54,661 nucleotides of DNA, from positions 1 through 54,661 of the forward strand of contig JAIRPY010000129.1 of assembly GCA_031256905.1 (NCBI GenBank). The letters run 5' to 3'. Positions 17,053 through 26,915 of the stretch are shown in pieces (within the stretch, counting starts at the first letter, position 1; the number at the start of each line of letters is the position of its first letter). The notes beneath the pieces are model-generated. The model searched no databases. It saw only the letters and a list, made by a program, of their open reading frames with translations, and was not told the DNA's origin. The stretch is from Spirochaetaceae bacterium (GTDB taxonomy: Bacteria > Spirochaetota > Spirochaetia > Treponematales > Breznakiellaceae). A program made the translations under genes and the position numbers.

Positions 17053-18464
17053 GGGGCATTGAGTACCGAGGACTTACCCGGGTTGAGGGACCCGTCGTAA
17101 TTACCGCCCGAAGCCGGAAGGTCGGCTTTAACGAGGTAGTCGCCGTGTACGACCGCGCCGAAAGACGCAGACTCGGCCGAGTGGTCGATATGAGCGAAGA
17201 CTGGACCGCGGTGCAGATCTTCGGAAATACCACCGGCCTTTCCGGGGATGACGGCCGAGTGGAATTTCTCGAAAAACCTATGGAACTTCGGGTAGGACCC
17301 GGGCTGTTGGGCCGAGTTTTTAACGGCTTAGGCGAACCTATCGACGGCTACGGCAACATTTTTTCGTCCGCCTGCCTTGATGTGAACGGGCTTCCCATCA
17401 ATCCTTACGCCCGAACTTACCCCCGGGACTTCATTCAGACCGGAGTTTCCGCGATTGACGGGATGAACACTCTGATTCGGGGGCAGAAACTGCCGATTTT
17501 TTCGGGAAACGGCCTTTCTCACAACCGGCTTGCCGCGCAAATTGTCCGGCAGGCGAAAATCCGAAGCGGAAACGAGTCTTTTGTGACGATTTTCTGCGCG
17601 ATGGGCATCAAATACGATATGGCCCGCTTCTTTTTGGATGATTTTGAACGAAGCGGCGTCCTTGCCAACGTGGTGGTCTTTCTTTCTTTGGCGGACGCCC
17701 CGTCTTTGGAACGCCTTGTGGCCCCGAAGTGCGCGCTTACCGCGGCGGAGTATCTGGCCTACGAGAAAAATATGCACGTCCTCGTGGTAATGACCGATAT
17801 GACCAACTACTGCGAAGCTCTGCGGGAGGTTTCGTCTATCCGGGGGGAAGTCCCAAGCCGGAAGGGGTATCCGGGGTACTTGTATTCGGATTTGGCATCC
17901 TTGTACGAGCGGGCGGGGAAGATTACCGGGTCCACCGGTTCGATTACCCAGATTCCGATTCTCACGATGCCGAATGACGATATAAGTCATCCGATTCCGG
18001 ACCTTTCCGGGTACATTACCGAAGGGCAGATTGTGCTTGACCGGGAACTTGCCCAGCGGGGAGTGTATCCGCCGGTAGCGGGTCTTCCCAGCCTTTCCCG
18101 GCTTATGAAAGACGGCATCGGTTCCGGCATGACCCGGGAGGACCACAAAGACATAGCCAGCCAGCTTTTCGCCGCCTATTCTAAGGTCAAGCAGATCCGG
18201 AATTTGGCATCGATTATCGGGGAAGAGGAACTGGCGCCGTCGGATAAACGGTACCTCAAGTTCGGGGAACGGTTTGAACAAGATTTCCTCGCGCAGGGCG
18301 AAACCGAAGACCGGTCCATCGAACGGACCTTGGACATAGGCTGGCAAATTCTTACCGAACTGCCCCGGGAAGAACTTTTGCGGATCAAGGATGAACTGCT
18401 CGAAAAATATTTTGACCCCCTCCTGCAACAGCCTGGTCCAGCCCAACAGCTCCAGCCGGTATAG
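17049..18464 (+). CDS. atpB: V/A-type ATPase subunit B
   Basis: ..[31 protein letters not shown].. The start has an ATGA overlap with atpA. Confidence 0.95.
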   Translation: MRGIEYRGLTRVEGPVVITARSRKVGFNEVVAVYDRAERRRLGRVVDMSEDWTAVQIFGNTTGLSGDDGRVEFLEKPMELRVGPGLLGRVFNGLGEPIDGYGNIFSSACLDVNGLPINPYARTYPRDFIQTGVSAIDGMNTLIRGQKLPIFSGNGLSHNRLAAQIVRQAKIRSGNESFVTIFCAMGIKYDMARFFLDDFERSGVLANVVVFLSLADAPSLERLVAPKCALTAAEYLAYEKNMHVLVVMTDMTNYCEALREVSSIRGEVPSRKGYPGYLYSDLASLYERAGKITGSTGSITQIPILTMPNDDISHPIPDLSGYITEGQIVLDRELAQRGVYPPVAGLPSLSRLMKDGIGSGMTREDHKDIASQLFAAYSKVKQIRNLASIIGEEELAPSDKRYLKFGERFEQDFLAQGETEDRSIERTLDIGWQILTELPREELLRIKDELLEKYFDPLLQQPGPAQQLQPV

Positions 18465-18472
18465 GAGGACTT

Positions 18473-19096
18473 ATGCCCCGAGAATTTATCGCCCCGACGA
18501 AGAGCAACCTCCTGCGGGTAAAAGAACGGCTCGCCACCGCGGAAGAAGGCTACGATCTGCTGGAGCAGAAACGGGAAATTTTGGTGATGGAATTGATGCA
18601 TCAGGTTGAACGGGTGAAACTGCTGGAACGGGACTTGGACGCCCAGATTAACGCGGCTTACCCGGCCTTGAAGCGGATGCTCATCGTAGTGGGCCGGGAA
18701 CGGGCGGATCGGCTTTCTCAAAACATCCGCTATGACTTTGATCTCAAGGAAAAACGGGTTACCGCCGCGGGAATGTCTCTTCCGGGACTGGAAATTAAGA
18801 TTCCAGCCATGGAATTAAAATATTCCCCGGCAAATTCATTTGCCGAATGCGATGAAACCGTATTAGAATTTTTTAAACTGCTGAAAGTAATAACCGAGCT
18901 GGCGGCGGTAAAGACCATCACGTGGCGTTTGGCGAGGGAGGTCCGCAAGACTCAGCGGCGGGTAAACGCCCTCGAAAAAATGGTCATCCCCACAGCCCGG
19001 GAAACGAGGACGTATATCGAAGCGGCTCTGGAAGAGCGGGATCGGGACGCCTTTTTTACCAGCAAACTTCTCAAGAAAAAGGCCGGAAAGGAATGA
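18473..19096 (+). CDS. atpD: V/A-type ATPase subunit D
   Basis: 207 aa with ..PTKSNLLRVKERL..EGYDLLEQKREIL.. and ..RRVNALE.., characteristic of subunit D. Confidence 0.85.
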   Translation: MPREFIAPTKSNLLRVKERLATAEEGYDLLEQKREILVMELMHQVERVKLLERDLDAQINAAYPALKRMLIVVGRERADRLSQNIRYDFDLKEKRVTAAGMSLPGLEIKIPAMELKYSPANSFAECDETVLEFFKLLKVITELAAVKTITWRLAREVRKTQRRVNALEKMVIPTARETRTYIEAALEERDRDAFFTSKLLKKKAGKE

Positions 19097-19581
19097 ACTT
19101 AAAACCCTTGTTTTCTAATATTTTGATTGCCATTACCGGTTCGGACGCCTCAATTTTGGCGGCCAAATACGCGATAGTGCTGGCGAAAACCTACCGATGC
19201 CGCCTTACCGCGCTCTACGTCGTGGATACCGCCACGATCCGCCAACTCACCTTGAGCAAAATCTTCATCCAAGAAGAAAGTCAGGAATATGAGCAAAGCC
19301 TCGAAGCAAACGGCCGGCGGTATCTCTCCTTTGTCGAAGAATTAGCCCGAAGTAAGGGGGTAAAATTGGAAGCCGAAATCCGCCGGGGCGCGGTATACAC
19401 CGAAATCCTCACCCTCGCGGAAGACAAAAAGGCGGACCTCATCCTGTTAGGAGGCTGGGAAAAACACCGAAGCGCCCGGGACATCATTTCCCATGTCCAC
19501 CGGGAAGTTATGATCAACGCCAAATGTTCGGTAATGCTGGTCAAAGAACCTAATATCGACCTTATGTTCAGATTACTTTAA
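19093..19581 (+). CDS. Universal stress protein (UspA family)
   Basis: ..ILIAITGSDAS..A..YA..LAK.....L.ALYVVD.. and C-terminal ..DLILLGG..HVHREVMINAKCSVMLV. The ATG at 19093 overlaps the atpD stop (ATGA). The longer ORF-track start lies out of frame inside atpD. Confidence 0.8.
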   Translation: MNLKPLFSNILIAITGSDASILAAKYAIVLAKTYRCRLTALYVVDTATIRQLTLSKIFIQEESQEYEQSLEANGRRYLSFVEELARSKGVKLEAEIRRGAVYTEILTLAEDKKADLILLGGWEKHRSARDIISHVHREVMINAKCSVMLVKEPNIDLMFRLL

Positions 19582-19594
19582 TCTTTTTTCTAAA

Positions 19595-19637
19595 AGCTGG
19601 AGAAAAAGAAAGGACCGATTTTTTTCCAGCTTTTTTT
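19595..19637 (+). terminator. Rho-independent terminator after usp, closing the ATPase operon
   Basis: AGCTGGA (19595-19601) pairs with TCCAGCT (19625-19631). A T7 run follows, and A-rich sequence flanks the 5' side. Confidence 0.6.
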
Positions 19638-19668
19638 CTAAAAACGAGAAAAAACAAAAAGGAAAAAA

Positions 19669-20076
19669 ATGAGAATTGTGATAATCAGCGCGCCGGCTCA
19701 ACGGAAACCTCCTCCGGATTACGTAACGGCTCTGCAAAAAGGCATGGCTTCAATGGGGCATCAGGTGGATATTTTGGACGCCTGGACCGAGGACGGCTTC
19801 CGGCTTCCCTCCTATGAATACATCGCGGTAGCCGCGGAGCAGATTTCGCTTTTCGGCGGGAAAATGCCTACTGCTCTGCCGAAAATTCTATCCGCTGGGA
19901 CCGGCGTCGGCGGCAAACGGGGCGCGGCCTTCCTCCGGAAAACCGGTCCCTTCAACGGCAAAGCTCTGTCAAACCTTATGCGGGCCATGGAAAAAGAAGG
20001 AATGCTCATCAACTGGAGCGATATTATCCTCAATCCGCCCCATGCGGAAGCCTTGGGGAAACGCATCGGAGCCTGA
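19669..20076 (+). CDS. Hypothetical protein, 135 aa
   Basis: Clean ORF with a purine-rich region before the ATG. I recognise no motifs. Confidence 0.5.
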   Translation: MRIVIISAPAQRKPPPDYVTALQKGMASMGHQVDILDAWTEDGFRLPSYEYIAVAAEQISLFGGKMPTALPKILSAGTGVGGKRGAAFLRKTGPFNGKALSNLMRAMEKEGMLINWSDIILNPPHAEALGKRIGA

Positions 20077-20098
20077 CAACTAAAAAAAATAGAAAAAA

Positions 20099-20866
20099 AT
20101 GGAAGATTATTACGCTCTGCTTGGAGTTAACGGTCAGGCCTCTTTGCAGGACATAAAGCGGGCCTTTCGGTCCCAGGCGAAGCGGCTTCACCCGGATCTT
20201 GCCGGAACCGGCGGGGCCGAAGAAATGCGGAAATTGCTGGCCGCTTACGAGGTTCTTTCGGATCCGGAGCGGCGGTTTGCCTATGATCGGGTGTTTTTCA
20301 AACGTGCCGGCTTTGATTACCCCCGGTTTCTTCGGGAGCAGACGGAGGACCCGAAAAGTCAGGCGAAGCTGATTTTTTTCGAGTTACTGCATTTTGCCGC
20401 AGAAGAGGCTATTGCAGTGTGGCGGTCCCAGGGAGGAGTGCATTTTGCGATGGACCGGTATATGGATCGGGAAGATTGGATGGATTGCGCGTTTTTACTA
20501 GCCGAAGCTTTGGAGGAACGCCGATGTTATTACGAGGCCTTTATACTTATGGTTAGTCTTGTGCAGGCCGAACGGCGGAAGCCTTATTTCAAGCATTTTT
20601 TTGTGGACCTGGAGGGGTCTTTAAAGGAATTGGTTCGGCTTAGGCTTAAGGCTTCGGTGGATCCGGAGACGTATCTGGCCTGTATGGACCGGCTTTTGGG
20701 TTTAGGCTTTCCCCCGAAGGACGAAGCCCGATGGCTTCGGGCTATGGCGGAAACTTTAGCCCGACTGGGCCGGATCGCTCCCGCCCAAAGGGTATTCCAT
20801 GAAGCCCTCAACCGGGACCCCCGGCTTTCCAATACGGCCCGGCTCAGACGCAAACTCGGGGTGTGA
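20099..20866 (+). CDS. J-domain (DnaJ-like) protein with a helical C-terminal domain
   Basis: N-terminal DYYALLGV..DIKRAFR..AKRLHPDL.. carries the HPD motif. There is no Zn-finger or G/F region. Confidence 0.8.
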   Translation: MEDYYALLGVNGQASLQDIKRAFRSQAKRLHPDLAGTGGAEEMRKLLAAYEVLSDPERRFAYDRVFFKRAGFDYPRFLREQTEDPKSQAKLIFFELLHFAAEEAIAVWRSQGGVHFAMDRYMDREDWMDCAFLLAEALEERRCYYEAFILMVSLVQAERRKPYFKHFFVDLEGSLKELVRLRLKASVDPETYLACMDRLLGLGFPPKDEARWLRAMAETLARLGRIAPAQRVFHEALNRDPRLSNTARLRRKLGV

Positions 20867-20892
20867 AATTATGGTATATTTTAAGGAAAAAA

Positions 20893-21663
20893 ATGATACG
20901 TCTAAAGAATGAAAAGCAGATTAACGGCATCCGGACTTCCTGCCGTATGTTAAGTTCGATGTTTCAGGAACTCCTTCCCTTAGTGGTTCCGGGAGTGGAA
21001 ACCTTGGAATTAGACCGATGGACTCGCAGGTGGATCCAAAAAGCCGGGGGAAAACCGGCGTTTTTGGGGTACGGACCTGAGGCCAATCCGTTTCCTGCGG
21101 CAATTTGTATTTCTATAAACGACGAAGTGATTCATGGGATTCCCTCTAAACGGAAAATCCTTGAGGGGGACTTGGTGTCTCTGGACTGCGGCATTGATCT
21201 GGGGGGATTTATCAGCGATCAGGCGGTAACTGTGGAAGCTGGAAAAGTTACCGAAGCCGCACATAATCTCAATAGAATTACCCAGGAATGCCTGTATCGG
21301 GGAATTCTCGCGGCAAAAGCCGGGGACCGGTTGCTACAAATTGCCCGATCTGTGCATAGCCATGCGATTGCCCATGGCTATGGGGTGGTCCATCAATTTT
21401 GCGGGCATGGCGTCGGCTTTGAGGTGCATGAAGAACCCGCGGTATCCAACAACCCCAAAGGGCCTAATCCGCGGATGCAGAGCGGTTTTGTTATAGCCAT
21501 TGAACCGATGATAAATCTTGGAACCGGAGATGTAACAATTAAAGACGACGGCTGGACGGTGGTTACCGCGGACCATAAATTATCCGCCCATTGGGAGCAT
21601 ACGGTAGCGATTTTCAAGGATCACACCGAAATCCTGACAGAACGCCTAGACTCCGCCTCGTAG
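20893..21663 (+). CDS. map: Methionine aminopeptidase, type I
   Basis: MIRLKNEKQINGIR.., with metal ligands in ..DLVSLDCG.., ..FCGHGVG.., ..IEPM.. and ..HWEHT... I prefer the ATG at 20893 to the GTG at 20863. Confidence 0.9.
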   Translation: MIRLKNEKQINGIRTSCRMLSSMFQELLPLVVPGVETLELDRWTRRWIQKAGGKPAFLGYGPEANPFPAAICISINDEVIHGIPSKRKILEGDLVSLDCGIDLGGFISDQAVTVEAGKVTEAAHNLNRITQECLYRGILAAKAGDRLLQIARSVHSHAIAHGYGVVHQFCGHGVGFEVHEEPAVSNNPKGPNPRMQSGFVIAIEPMINLGTGDVTIKDDGWTVVTADHKLSAHWEHTVAIFKDHTEILTERLDSAS

Positions 21664-21669
21664 AGTAGG

Positions 21670-22938
21670 CTAGTCTTCATCCCCGAATTTGGGAATCTTG
21701 GGAATCTCTAGGGGTATGGTTTCTTGAGCTTCCCTAAAGGCTTTTTTTCGTCCATCCACGCTTTTGTAGTAATTGGCGTCTTTTGTGAGGGTGGCGATCT
21801 GTTCGATGTATACTTTATCATTGATGATTTTTATGTTTGGGTTTGCGGTGAATTTGTTGACGGTTCGTTCCATTTTTTCTTCCGGGATGCCGGTCATGGA
21901 GATTAGTTCTTTCAGTCCAAAATCGAAATTGTAGGCGTAAGCCGCTTCGAGGGGTATTTTTTCTTTTTCAAGCTGAATGAGCAGTACGTCGTACATCCGG
22001 GCTATAGGGTCGGTTAGATTGGTGTTTGCGAGCTGACGGTAAATGAACCAAATGCGTTCCGCCAGAGATTCCACCAGATGCCCGACAATTTGGGGGCTGG
22101 TGTCCACAATATTGGCAAAATTTTCCTTGCTGATGCTGATGAGGCAGGTCGGTTCTGCGGTAACGGCGGTTACGGATCGGGGCTTGGACCCAAGAATCGC
22201 CATTTCTCCGATTATATCCCCGGCTTTCAGAACCGCCAGCAGTACTTCGTTATTGTTGACGATTTTAGATATTTTAATCGAACCGCTTTGGATAACGAAC
22301 ATTTCACTGGCTGGTTCTCCCTGGGCGTAGAGGACGGTTTCGGCCGCGTAGATTCGTTTGTTGCCGTCGGTGGTAAAGGGGATGGCTTTGGCGTACTGTT
22401 TGACCGCTTCGAATCGTTCTTTTGCTTCCGGGACCCGGGCGCCTTTGGGGCAAAGTTTCAGATATTGGCGATATGCGTAGAAGGCATGGCTTAAATTGCC
22501 GGTTTTATCGTAATATTGCCCAATATCGAACAAATGCTCGGCTTCTTCCGATTCGGTCGCGTCGTTGATAGCCCGTTTGGTGAAAGCCTTGTTCAGATAC
22601 CGCATCCTTTCGGCGAAGTTGGTGACGATGTTCATGGCCACTTCGGTATTGTGATGGATGAAACTGCCAATCTCCTTTTCCGGGACCGCAATAACGCTGG
22701 CATCCGTCACGCATCGAGCGGTTTCAATATGAGTGTGCCGGGATAAAGCCGCCACTACGCCGAAAAAATCTCCCGCCTGAAGAAGCATTCCGTCCCGTTC
22801 AGTGACCACCTCGTTTTCTCTGGACAACAGAATCTTGCCGCTTTTCACAATAAAAAAACGATTATCTTCTTTACCTTCTACAATAATATACGAATCCTTT
22901 TTGAAGGTAAGCACATTCAGATTAAAGGTATCGCCCAT
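21670..22938 (-). CDS. Protein with two cyclic-nucleotide-binding (CAP effector-like) domains
   Basis: Two copies of the beta-roll pattern are present: ..FFIVKSGKILLSRE..GDFFGVVA.. and ..MFVIQSGSIKISK..GDIIGEMA... No obvious output domain is recognisable. Confidence 0.7.
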   Translation of the reverse strand: MGDTFNLNVLTFKKDSYIIVEGKEDNRFFIVKSGKILLSRENEVVTERDGMLLQAGDFFGVVAALSRHTHIETARCVTDASVIAVPEKEIGSFIHHNTEVAMNIVTNFAERMRYLNKAFTKRAINDATESEEAEHLFDIGQYYDKTGNLSHAFYAYRQYLKLCPKGARVPEAKERFEAVKQYAKAIPFTTDGNKRIYAAETVLYAQGEPASEMFVIQSGSIKISKIVNNNEVLLAVLKAGDIIGEMAILGSKPRSVTAVTAEPTCLISISKENFANIVDTSPQIVGHLVESLAERIWFIYRQLANTNLTDPIARMYDVLLIQLEKEKIPLEAAYAYNFDFGLKELISMTGIPEEKMERTVNKFTANPNIKIINDKVYIEQIATLTKDANYYKSVDGRKKAFREAQETIPLEIPKIPKFGDED

Positions 22939-23027
22939 ATATTTTCCTTATTTTTTGATTTTTCGAACTTTCATTATATCACAGAGAAAAAAAGAATACA
23001 AGCGTTTTTTTTCTATAAACTGAAGGG

Positions 23028-24824
23028 CTATCCGTGTTGAGCAGACAATACTATTAGCGAAAAAATGTATAACACTATCATCCCCAGGGTAAAACATACA
23101 ATAGCAAGGGGAAATCCAAAGGCGATGACGGTCCATATACTGAACGTGTGAATCAGGCTTCGGCAGAAGAAAACAATGCCGTTAAATACCATGGGTAAAA
23201 CCGCCAGCATGGGGATTCCCACGACCCAAGACGGCTTGGAAGCCCGGAATCGCCAGCCGGCTACGATCATGAGAATCGTTAGGGGCAGAAAAACCGCGAC
23301 TTCCGAGATGCGGTAGAGAATTTCCGCCTGAAAAAGCTGGGGTATATAACCATACGAACCTATCCTTTGGGCTATGGCCATCAACTCGCCGACAAAAAGG
23401 GGATTCAGTCCCTGCCGGAGCCGGGATAAGAGCAGAAAATCATCGTAAGATAGGTCCAGTATGAGCCGGGCGTCCTTGGAAACCGTCTGATCCGGACCGC
23501 TGCAAATCGGATCGAAGACTTTCTGCCGATCCTCCCGATCCAGGGAACGCAGTAACAGCAAAACCTTGGAACCCGAGGCCGTCGTTACCGGAAGGATCTT
23601 CGCGTAGGGCGTTTCGACTCGGTAAAGCAGTCTGCCGTCTTCGTCAAAGCTCATCAGATCGATGGATGCGCCGTACGAATGCTTCTTCGAAGCGAATAAA
23701 GAACCGATCCGCAGAACCGTTCGGCCGGTTTTCGGCGGGGCGGAGGACCTGAGGGGAAAGGAAAAGAGAGCTTCGGTGTGAATTTCCCCAAGGATCGTTT
23801 CCATCTCGTCAATAAAAAAAGCTACATCCTCGAGGCCTTGTTCGCTCATTTCCAAAAAACGGCTCACATCCGGGTCTCCGGGGGTTTCTACGGAAAGTTC
23901 TTTGAAAATATAATAGGCTTTCACCCAATCTTCCGAAGCGAGAGCTTCATAACCTTCCCGTTTTTTCCGGTAAAGAGAGTAAATCGCGGTCTCTTTGGCG
24001 GTAGGTTCCAGGGCTCCCACCCGATTCCAAGCCCTCCGGGCCAGTTGAGTCCCCTGAAGCCGCTCCGGACTGCCCTGCCGGGCCAGGCGGATTCCCAGAT
24101 TCGCAAGCCAATGGGCGTCATAATACCGTTCAGACTGAAAGGCCTGGTCCGCCATCGCTAGAGCTTCTGCGGCGTTTACTGGATTCGGTCTGCCTAAAGT
24201 ATCGGTGTAAGCGAGGATAATATTCTCAAATTCATTCTCTTCGACCCATGCGTCCTTGTGGGTGTTGGCCTGGGCGATCCGCCATTCTTCCATGCCCATG
24301 ATAGTATCAGTCCGGAGTTCTTCGATTTCGGGACTGTTGGGCCATATCTGCTCGCAGACCGCGAGAAATTCCGCCACCTCGGGCCACTCTTTTTTTTCCG
24401 CGCTGATCAGAGCTTTTTCTTTAGAAGATTTAAAAAGATACCCTTGAGCGTACAGGTAAGTTTCATAATCCTTCGCCAAAGGATAGGCAAGACAGAACAA
24501 AAGCCCATAAGCCCCAACTCCAATAATAGCGAGAAAAATAGACGGCTTAATGCGCTTCAGGAATTCCGGGGAAAAACTGCCAAAAGAATCCTGCCGCTTC
24601 GTAAGCCCGAAAGGAATGACCAGCCCGGCCATGACCAGCGCGGGAAACAACTCGATATAGGCCAACACTCCCTGGACCGCCCGCCAGGAACGAGTATACA
24701 GCTCAAGAGGCGGGGTAATCGGCAGAATAAACCGGAAGCCCATAATCACAAGACAAGACAGGACCATATAAAGAATAAAAAGCCCGGTCGGGGACAGGAA
24801 CATCGCTTTAGAAATCTTCATCAA
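23028..24824 (-). CDS. Large multi-pass membrane protein with a central soluble (TPR-like/beta) region, possibly LptF/LptG-like
   Basis: 3-4 N-terminal and about 3 C-terminal TM helices flank a soluble segment of about 350 aa. The family assignment is tentative. Confidence 0.4.
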   Translation of the reverse strand: MMKISKAMFLSPTGLFILYMVLSCLVIMGFRFILPITPPLELYTRSWRAVQGVLAYIELFPALVMAGLVIPFGLTKRQDSFGSFSPEFLKRIKPSIFLAIIGVGAYGLLFCLAYPLAKDYETYLYAQGYLFKSSKEKALISAEKKEWPEVAEFLAVCEQIWPNSPEIEELRTDTIMGMEEWRIAQANTHKDAWVEENEFENIILAYTDTLGRPNPVNAAEALAMADQAFQSERYYDAHWLANLGIRLARQGSPERLQGTQLARRAWNRVGALEPTAKETAIYSLYRKKREGYEALASEDWVKAYYIFKELSVETPGDPDVSRFLEMSEQGLEDVAFFIDEMETILGEIHTEALFSFPLRSSAPPKTGRTVLRIGSLFASKKHSYGASIDLMSFDEDGRLLYRVETPYAKILPVTTASGSKVLLLLRSLDREDRQKVFDPICSGPDQTVSKDARLILDLSYDDFLLLSRLRQGLNPLFVGELMAIAQRIGSYGYIPQLFQAEILYRISEVAVFLPLTILMIVAGWRFRASKPSWVVGIPMLAVLPMVFNGIVFFCRSLIHTFSIWTVIAFGFPLAIVCFTLGMIVLYIFSLIVLSAQHG

Positions 24825-25761
24825 AAGGGTCCCTCCGGCTTTTTTTAAGGTGAGTCAACGCGGTAAAGAGAATGCAGATAATTCCCAAAGTGCAAAACAC
24901 GAAAGAGCTTATCTGCCGGCTGGGGAAGCGGTCCCCGATAAATGAGCTTATAAAGGCCAGGGTAGATTCCGCATCGAGAAACCGTTCCAGTCCCAAGACT
25001 CCTCGAAAGGCTAAAATGCCTAAAAAAAGATTTGCCAGGGGCCAGCCGCTTAGATCCATAATAAACCGCAGAGAACTTAGCAAAAACACAAGACCAAAGG
25101 CATACAGAACAAAAAGCAGGATATTTTCTTTAAACCGGCTTCGAAACTGTTCCGCCGCGAAAGTGAAATCCTGAAATACCTCGTTAAGCAGAAAAAACAT
25201 ATTACTTTGCGCCAGGTCGCGGTAAAATCCTGAAATCTGATGATGCGGCTCTTCTGGAGAAGAATTGCTTCCGGGGCTTTGATAGGTTAGGGGCGCGTTG
25301 GGAAGGGCTAAAACCCGGGGGCTTTGGGGGTTGCCGGGGTCTTGGAGGTATACCAGGGCGCCGTCGCCGTCGGGCTGGGAGATGATAAGTCCGGGTTTTC
25401 CGAGTTTGACTCCGGCGGTACTTGGGGAGCTGGGTTTGGGGATGCTTTCGAGGGTCTTGGTTCCCAGGGTGATAAGGATGGCGAAAAGCATACCGAGACT
25501 CACGAGGCAGGCGATAGAGGCCGGCACGGGGATATTTTTTCGGGCGGTATAGCTTATTCCCAAGAGCAGGGCGAAATAGAGCGTAAGGGGCAGGACGCTT
25601 TGGGCTCCGGCATCGATATCTTGGAGGCGGATGTTTGGCAGGACTGGGCTGGTCCGCATGGCGTCGATTCGGAGCTGGAGGAGCGCGATGATCAGGGAGG
25701 CCCCGAACACCGCGATGAAACATATACTGAGGACTAGAATCAGCCGGGCTATATTTTTCAT
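24808..25761 (-). CDS. Multi-pass membrane protein, possibly LptF/LptG-like permease
   Basis: TM helices at both ends and a periplasmic-looking middle (..GKPGLIISQPDGDGALVYLQD..). It overlaps the downstream gene by 17 nt. Confidence 0.4.
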   Translation of the reverse strand: MKNIARLILVLSICFIAVFGASLIIALLQLRIDAMRTSPVLPNIRLQDIDAGAQSVLPLTLYFALLLGISYTARKNIPVPASIACLVSLGMLFAILITLGTKTLESIPKPSSPSTAGVKLGKPGLIISQPDGDGALVYLQDPGNPQSPRVLALPNAPLTYQSPGSNSSPEEPHHQISGFYRDLAQSNMFFLLNEVFQDFTFAAEQFRSRFKENILLFVLYAFGLVFLLSSLRFIMDLSGWPLANLFLGILAFRGVLGLERFLDAESTLAFISSFIGDRFPSRQISSFVFCTLGIICILFTALTHLKKSRRDPFDEDF

Positions 25762-25781
25762 GGTTCCCCTTTTCCCTTTTT

Positions 25782-26477
25782 TTACAAGGTTTTATCCGGC
25801 AGGGCTTTCATCTTTTCTTTTAGTTCGAGGAGCAGGGAATCTGCGGAGGCGTCGGATTTTTCTAATTCCGCGAACTTTTTTTCAAGATTGGAGTCCGCGG
25901 ACAGATCTTCGAGTTCTTGAGCGGCTTCCGCTTGGGCTTCCATTTGATCGACTTTGGCGGCCATGCGGTCGAAGGTGTCGAAGGCGCTTCGGTTGCCGGC
26001 GACGCTGGCCATGGTATTTTGGATTTTTTGTTGGGCTTCGGCTCGTTTGGCCCGGGCGATGAGGAGATTTTTTTTCCGTTGGGCTTCTTCGATTTTGCTT
26101 TGGAGGTCCCGGAGGGACATTTTGAGTTTCTCTACTGCGGCTTTTTGGGTGTCCCATTGTTTTTTATATTCCGTGTAGGCGGAGACGTATTCTTGTTTCC
26201 GGAGGAGGGCTTCTTTGGCGAGGTCGTCTTTACCGGCTTGGACGGCGAGCATGGCCCTTCGTTCCCATTCTTGGGATTGGGTTTGTTGTTCGGCGGCGGC
26301 TCGTTCCAATTTTTTTTCGTCTGCGATGGCGAGGGCCACGGCTTTTTTGGATTCGATGAGCTGTTCATTCATATCGATGATCAGTTGGTTGAGCATTTTT
26401 TCCGGTTTTTCGGCTTTACTGATGGCATCGTTTATATTTGACGAGATTAGGGTTTTGAGTTTTGAAAAGATCCCCAT
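25782..26477 (-). CDS. pspA: PspA/IM30-family membrane-stress protein
   Basis: MGIFSKLKTLISSNINDAISKAEKPEKMLNQLIIDMNEQL.. and a long coiled coil. The N-terminus is the classic PspA form. Confidence 0.9.
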   Translation of the reverse strand: MGIFSKLKTLISSNINDAISKAEKPEKMLNQLIIDMNEQLIESKKAVALAIADEKKLERAAAEQQTQSQEWERRAMLAVQAGKDDLAKEALLRKQEYVSAYTEYKKQWDTQKAAVEKLKMSLRDLQSKIEEAQRKKNLLIARAKRAEAQQKIQNTMASVAGNRSAFDTFDRMAAKVDQMEAQAEAAQELEDLSADSNLEKKFAELEKSDASADSLLLELKEKMKALPDKTL

Positions 26478-26496
26478 GGGTGTGTCCTCCGTTTTT

Positions 26497-26871
26497 TTAT
26501 CTGTAGGATGCTAAGACCGGATAATGCTGAGTTACGGCGAGACCGAAGGCATCCAGGGTCGCCATGAGTTCTTCATAATCCATTGTATCGTATACCAAAG
26601 TATCGATCAGAATAATTTGGTCCTCTTCCAGGGCGTACGCGCCATGCACCACATCCCGGGCGTTTAGTTCCAGCAGTTTGGTGAATAGTTCTAGGCGTTG
26701 TTCTTTCGGCGCGGCCATGACCCAGGTTCGGCATATAACCACCGGGGCCGCGTACATGATGGCCACCTGGGGCAGGCCGTGGTTTTCATCATCCAGGAGC
26801 CACAAATTATCTTCGAGCTTCCGATAGGTATATCCTTCGAGGTATTGTTCGATTCTATTTTTTTCTGTCAT
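26497..26871 (-). CDS. YbjN-like small protein
   Basis: 124 aa, acidic, with the pattern ..W.L.D......V.I.......V.....V.....L...LLELN......GAYAL.. seen in the YbjN/T3SS-chaperone-like fold. Identified from memory only. Confidence 0.45.
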   Translation of the reverse strand: MTEKNRIEQYLEGYTYRKLEDNLWLLDDENHGLPQVAIMYAAPVVICRTWVMAAPKEQRLELFTKLLELNARDVVHGAYALEEDQIILIDTLVYDTMDYEELMATLDAFGLAVTQHYPVLASYR

Positions 26872-26915
26872 CCCTTATCCTTAATTTTTTAGTGTACCGT
26901 ATTCCGGGGATTTTG

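Noticed and set aside
17328-18446. Long antisense or alternative-frame ORFs inside well-supported genes. Examples: 17328..18446-, 43352..44098-, 4413..5135-, 13812..14420-, 25202..25723-, 25917..26441+, 7425..8051+, 49416..50075+, 51383..52171+.
   Set aside because: Their products are Arg/Pro/Gly-rich and low-complexity, and they lie fully inside genes with strong family motifs on the other frame or strand. Such ORFs are typical of moderately GC-rich DNA.
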